DNA of 63,612 bases, filler included, from Diploschistes diacapsis (lineage: Eukaryota): NCBI GenBank assembly GCA_023645945.1. It is 17 parts of 17 records of this genome, joined end to end, with 100 filler letters (N's around TTAATTAATTAA, not from the genome) between each part and the next. Parts side by side here need not be neighbours in the genome. Positions count along the whole stretch, not along the records: positions 38,452 to 59,249 come from JALAIB010000325.1; positions 59,350 to 60,704 come from JALAIB010003250.1; positions 60,805 to 62,158 come from JALAIB010003251.1; positions 62,259 to 63,612 come from JALAIB010003252.1; 13 more parts are not named here. The stretch is one strand, 5' to 3'. How positions within the stretch are numbered: position 1 is the first letter of the stretch; every line of letters begins with the position of its first letter. Below are positions 58,564 through 63,612 of the stretch, piece after piece. The notes under the pieces were generated by a model, which made no database searches, had not been told where the DNA came from, and was given only the letters and a program-made list of their open reading frames with translations. The position numbers and the translations under genes are program-made.

Positions 58564-61532
58564 ACGGAGGATGATGGCCTCAATTTAGCGTCCCTGAAGC
58601 ATATTGAGGGGTTTGTTTTGCTGCTGGGAGGTTGCTGCATTGGAATTCACGATGTCATGTCGATAGCTTGTTGCATGGAATGTACATAATATCTCAACGC
58701 GGATTTTGCCATGTGGACAGGTGTCGACGTTTGATGAAAGCAGACTTGGTTGCTGTTGATGGCAATCTTGCTTTTCTTCTCTTTTGAGACTTTCCTCGAA
58801 ATCTTGGGATAGGTAGAGTTTTGCCGCCCGCTCCGTTCACAAACCAGCAGCTTTCCAACTCCCAAATGCTTAGAGAAGTAACTACTTCAGCAGCCCCAGA
58901 TACTCACATCTAATCGTTGCAAGCAAGTGGGGATGCATATTTGGTAGGTAGCAAAGATTTCTCTTCACCGATTTGACTTACTTTCCCAAGACATACCAAA
59001 GGCGATGCACTTTCCTTACAGCCTAAACGGCATCGCTCTAACCAAGAAAGGAATAATATCAATATTTCGGAATTTCAAGCAGCCCTCCTTTCCACCCAGA
59101 AGACAGACACCCTTTCGAGCTGATCTCGGACACCAACTTTTTCGCCAGGAATAAAAGAGCTAGTGAGTATGCGGGCATCTCTCACGATCCAGCATTCTCG
59201 ACTCTCTAGCTCGTTTTCTAAATCCCCAGACAACCCCCCCCTTTTCCTCNNNNNNNNNNNNNNNNNNNNNNNNNNNNNNNNNNNNNNNNNNNNTTAATTA
59301 ATTAANNNNNNNNNNNNNNNNNNNNNNNNNNNNNNNNNNNNNNNNNNNNCCCCCCCCCCCCCCCTCTTCTTAGGAAATAATACCGGCTGTTCTGTTATAG
59401 GAAAGCAGACTGAGTGCGTTTGGCTCACCGACTCTCGCTGCAAGACGTGGCTTGTATTGCTACGCGGTGTGCGCGCTTTTTCTGGTAGGTACGAGTATTC
59501 TGGTATTATTATTTTTTGTATTTAGGTGTGTGAATCGTGTACGATGGGTGCGTGCGTGCGCGCGTGTGTGTGTTGGGTAGGTATCTTTCAGTAATCAAGC
59601 TGTCAAGCGTTACGGCGCTATATTCGAATGCAAATTTGATTGAGCTTTGTCGGTCGGGCCTTGGGGAAATGCCGGCGGAGATAAGGGTAGCCTTGGTTGG
59701 ATCAAGTCTGACACCTCATTACTTTACTATTACTATTGATCGCTTTGGATGCAGGACGTTACGTTTCAGTTCTTGAGAGAGCCAACACAACAGGGGATCT
59801 TCTGCTTCCGTACAGCCGTTGGAGTTGGAACTTGGAGGACAAATAACGGATGCCAACCTGTAAGAAAGGTTTGGACTGGCACTGGATAGTGGCACTGCTG
59901 AATTGCTAGCTTCGTCGCTGGAGTCCGTGCTTTACGATCTAGCACACTCTGCAGTGTGTAGGATAGCTTCAAATTAGCTCGACTCGGGTTTGCGGATCAC
60001 TTTGACGTCGTTGCCGTGGTAGCAGAGTGTCTCCATGTTGGAGCTTAGGAATGATCGGAAACAGCTGGCCGCACAACATTCCGGCTCCCTCGGAGTCTAT
60101 ATTTGTATTTGTTATTGTTTTTGTTCCTCTTCCCCTCCAGCAAAAAAACCCCCACTTAATAAGCTTCCTCCGACAAAGCACCGTGCGTCCAATAGAATGA
60201 CGAGCTGCATGACCGATATCGTCCTAGCTCTGAGCTGCATGCAAATCTTTTTCCGAACCTCTCAACTTTTGCAGGAGCCTCCTTCTGTTCGGGAAAGAAG
60301 AAGTATAAGCAGTGCGCACAAACCCAGAGAATACTGCTCAAGGAAGGAAGGTGCATCGTAAGTTGCTAATGAGCGTTTGCATGGGAGGAAGAACACACAC
60401 AGAGCTGCTAGCTTAGTGCAGCAGTAGACTGTAGACTGAGAGATAGATAGCTGTGACATGATCAGAAAATGCCTCTTTCGCCGACAGAGCCGGAGCTTCG
60501 TTCCCATTGACCGAGTCTGAATTTTTTTTCTCTCATAATTTGTGCCTGCAGCATAATCGCGCAAAGGAAATACTCGTGTAATCTTTTTTAATACATGTAG
60601 CATCCATCCATCCTAGGCCTCCTCCACTCTGTCTCTTTCTTCAGCAGATTGCTAGCAACAGCAGACCCTCCCCCCCCGGCAGCTGTGCTTAGCTGAGCTC
60701 CCACNNNNNNNNNNNNNNNNNNNNNNNNNNNNNNNNNNNNNNNNNNNNTTAATTAATTAANNNNNNNNNNNNNNNNNNNNNNNNNNNNNNNNNNNNNNNN
60801 NNNNCTTATTTGGTCTATAAAATTTAATCCGGCTGCGTTAAATAAACCTACCGAAATAATATTATCCTTAAAATACTATAAAATCTTTTCGTAATCCGGA
60901 AAATCGATCTTTAATATTAAAATAAAATATTTATAATTATCTAAATTATCCGAAAATCGCGTCGATCGGCTATCTTTTCTAAACATTTAATACGTCTTAT
61001 TATTAATTTTTAATTATCTTATCCTAAATTTATCCTTATAAATCCAATGTAATCTTGTTATTAAGATAGTTCTGTTTCCTTACTTATTCTTAAGCCTCAT
61101 GGCTCCGCATATAACCTTTAAATGCCGAAAATAATGAAAACGCTCGCGACCGTTAGAAACAAAATTTTTATATTAATACAAAATTTCTTTCTAAGCAAGA
61201 TACCTTTAGTTTAAGATAATATATAATTTCCCCTTTGCTTATAACCGCAGCTCTATACCCCTAAATTGGGGAAAGTCATCCGCCTTACTTTCATGACAAC
61301 TCGTATAGACGTAATAGATAAAAAAAGATTACCGAAAATGACAGTTCCAGAACTTTCCCGATCACAGGACCCTAGGATCCCCTGCTTAAGCTCGATAACC
61401 ATAAAATTAGCTAGCTTAACGCTTTCGTTAAATACCGAAGAATCTCTAATCGCTAACAAAGAGAACTATTTATTAGGAATTATCGATCTACGCGTATCAT
61501 CTTTTATTATAAATAAATTAAGGTCGACCGAG

Positions 61533-61679
61533 TGTTATGATCTCTATCTATACAAGGTATACACGAGTAGGATCAAGGTGGGTTTAATCTCTGTTAGAAG
61601 AGGAGTGTGATAGGAGAAGAAGATAGAACAGTTACAGATCTTAAATTATCTTTAAAAGAAGGTTTTCTAATGATAGAAG
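61533..61679 (-). mobile_element. Family C LTR 3' end, interrupted by family D element
   Basis: Near-identical to 30934-31073. Homology stops exactly at TAGGCTGGCCG. Confidence 0.85.
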
Positions 61680-62158
61680 TAGGCTGGCCGTTTCGTGCCA
61701 CGGTCACTGACACGGACACTGCAGCAAAAATTTTTAAAACACGGACACTGACACGGATACGACAGTTAAAATTTTAAAACACGGATACTGACACGGACAT
61801 TATATTGCAGTAAAAGCACGGACACGGATATTATAATTAAAAATTTTAAAATATTGATACTGATACGGATATTATATTTCCGTAAATCCACCGAAATACT
61901 GCGGTGAATCCACCGAAATACTATAATGAAATTTTTTTAAAAAAATAAAAGCGTAAGAAATAGGCGTGATAATTCCAGAATTATTAAAATTAAAAAAATA
62001 ATTTAAAATGTTTCGGTGAATGCACGGATACGGACATCGTAATAAAAAAATTTTCGACACGGATACTGACACGGACATTATATTATAATAAAAATACGGA
62101 CACGGATATCGCAATAAAAATTTTCTCGATACGGATACTAACACGGACATTATATTAT
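61680..62158 (+). mobile_element. hAT-like element (family D) terminus with long subterminal repeat array
   Basis: TAGGCTGGCCGTTTCGTGCCACGG followed by many CACGGA(C/T)A motifs. Confidence 0.75.
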
Positions 62159-62258
62159 NNNNNNNNNNNNNNNNNNNNNNNNNNNNNNNNNNNNNNNNNN
62201 NNTTAATTAATTAANNNNNNNNNNNNNNNNNNNNNNNNNNNNNNNNNNNNNNNNNNNN

Positions 62259-62663
62259 AGTTACGGGACCAGGAGTTACGTGATACGCTTACTACTCGCG
62301 CTTATTTTCGTAAGCGGCGAACAAGCTTTCGCTATCGCTCGACGGTCGCGCTCATTCTTATAAATAACGAGCCTCGAGAACACCGTTCGCTAAACTTACG
62401 ATAAACGGCGAGCGAATTAATTATATATAAACACGACTTTACTTTCGTAGAAAAAGATATGTTTACTTTTATAAATATCTTTAACGATTACTCGAGATTA
62501 ATCTATATTCGTTATTTCTATTACTTATAAAGCCTTTTTTCTAAAAACAGTCCAAGATCTATAACTACTCTATCTTCTTTTCCTACCACACTCCTCTTCT
62601 AACAGAGACCAAACCCACCTTGATCCTACTCGTGTATACCTTGTATAGATAGAGATCATAACA
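62259..62663 (+). mobile_element. Family C LTR (5'-truncated)
   Basis: Ends GAGATCATAACA. Reverse-complement homologue of 62792-63247. Confidence 0.85.
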
Positions 62664-62791
62664 ACGAGGAAAAAAAAGATTTATTTAACGGAGATTAACG
62701 GAAACGATTTCCGAAACTTTTAAAAAAAAAGGCTAAATTTTACGGATATTTAAAAACTAATTTAACTGAGCCGGCGACATTACGATCAGTT

Positions 62792-63247
62792 TATTATGAT
62801 TTCTATCTATACAAGGTATACACGAGTAGGATCAAGGTGGGTTTGGTCTCTATTAGAAGAGGAGTGTGGTAGGAAAAGAAGATAGAATAGTCACAGGTCT
62901 TAGACTGTTTTTAAAAAGAAGGCTCTCTAAATAATAGAAGTAACGAATATAAATTAATTTCGAGTAATAACTAGAGATGTTTATAAAAATAAATATACCC
63001 TTTTCTACGAAGGTAGAGTCGTGCTTATATATAATTAGCTCGCTCGCCGTTCATCGTAAACCCAACGAACGGTGCCCTCGAAACTCGCCGCTTATAAAAA
63101 TAAACGCGACCGTCGAGCGATGGCGAAAGCTTACTCGCCGCTCACGAGAATAAACGTGAACAATGAACGCATCACGTAACCCCTAGTCCCGTAATTGATC
63201 TATATACAAAGCTAGGACGTGCCAAGTCTGATACTTGGATCGTAACA
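62792..63247 (-). mobile_element. Family C LTR, full length
   Basis: Plus-strand termini TATTATGAT..GATCGTAACA. No matching TSD seen. Confidence 0.85.
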
Positions 63248-63394
63248 GCAGCGTATTATTTCTTAATTCTTAATTTATTTGCAACGGCGATATAGCCGTT
63301 AATAGTTAAAGGTCCTACAGGCTACCCATGAGCATTATACTGTTGTTGGGATCGTTAACGGTTTCAACCTTTTTATTTAATTGATTAACAAGAC

Positions 63395-63612
63395 TAGGCT
63401 GGCCGTTTCGTGCCACGGTCACTGACACGGACACTACAGCAAAAATTTTCAAAACACGGACACTGACACGGACACGATAGTTAAAATTTTAAAATATTAA
63501 TACTAACACGGACACTACATTTCCGTAAATCCACGGATACGGACATTATAATTAAAATTTTTAAAATATTAATATTAATACGGATATTATACTTCCGTAA
63601 ATTCACGAACAC
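63395..63612 (+). mobile_element. hAT-like element (family D) terminus
   Basis: Near-identical to 61680 onward over the first about 95 bp. Confidence 0.78.

Noticed and set aside
59350..60704. Gene or structured RNA in the unique non-AT-rich small contig
   Set aside because: Only short unsupported ORFs and a (GT/GC)n tract. No recognisable RNA motif. Probably intergenic DNA bounded by poly-C breaks.
60805..61532. Specific domain call for this AT-rich stretch
   Set aside because: Probably retrotransposon pol debris, but I could not read a diagnostic motif with confidence.

Overview
Eukaryotic DNA from a filamentous ascomycete (Pezizomycotina) draft assembly, not one contiguous locus. It is 17 contigs joined by 16 artificial 100-bp linkers (44 N + TTAATTAATTAA + 44 N). 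Two gene-rich contigs of about 21 kb carry intron-containing genes. Contig 2923-23779: 3' end of glutamine synthetase, an IFRD-domain protein, NADPH oxidase NoxB, Ubc4, glutaryl-CoA dehydrogenase, an Aim9/APH-like phosphotransferase, FEN1, and a 6-exon orphan gene. Contig 38452-59249: a multi-TM membrane protein, the XlnR/Xyr1 transcription factor, a 5-exon gene for a secreted, highly basic protein that the ORF track breaks into pieces, and sulfite reductase beta subunit. Of the 15 small (about 1.36 kb) contigs, one is an internal MCM5 fragment, one is unique non-coding DNA, and 13 are AT-rich, RIP-mutated transposon debris (Copia with a Ty5-type PBS, several Gypsy-like LTR families, Tc1, pogo/Fot1, a hAT-like element), often nested. 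The most unusual items are the secreted basic helical-repeat protein with all-phase-2 introns (49604-50557), a 72-bp TG..CA insertion with a 5-bp TSD and a tRNA-like A-box (24477-24548), the all-phase-2 orphan gene (20568-23779), and a C-to-T mutation pattern that spares CpG and leaves conserved islands. Exon coordinates were derived by hand from splice signals and reading-frame continuity. Family assignments come from remembered motifs, not database searches.
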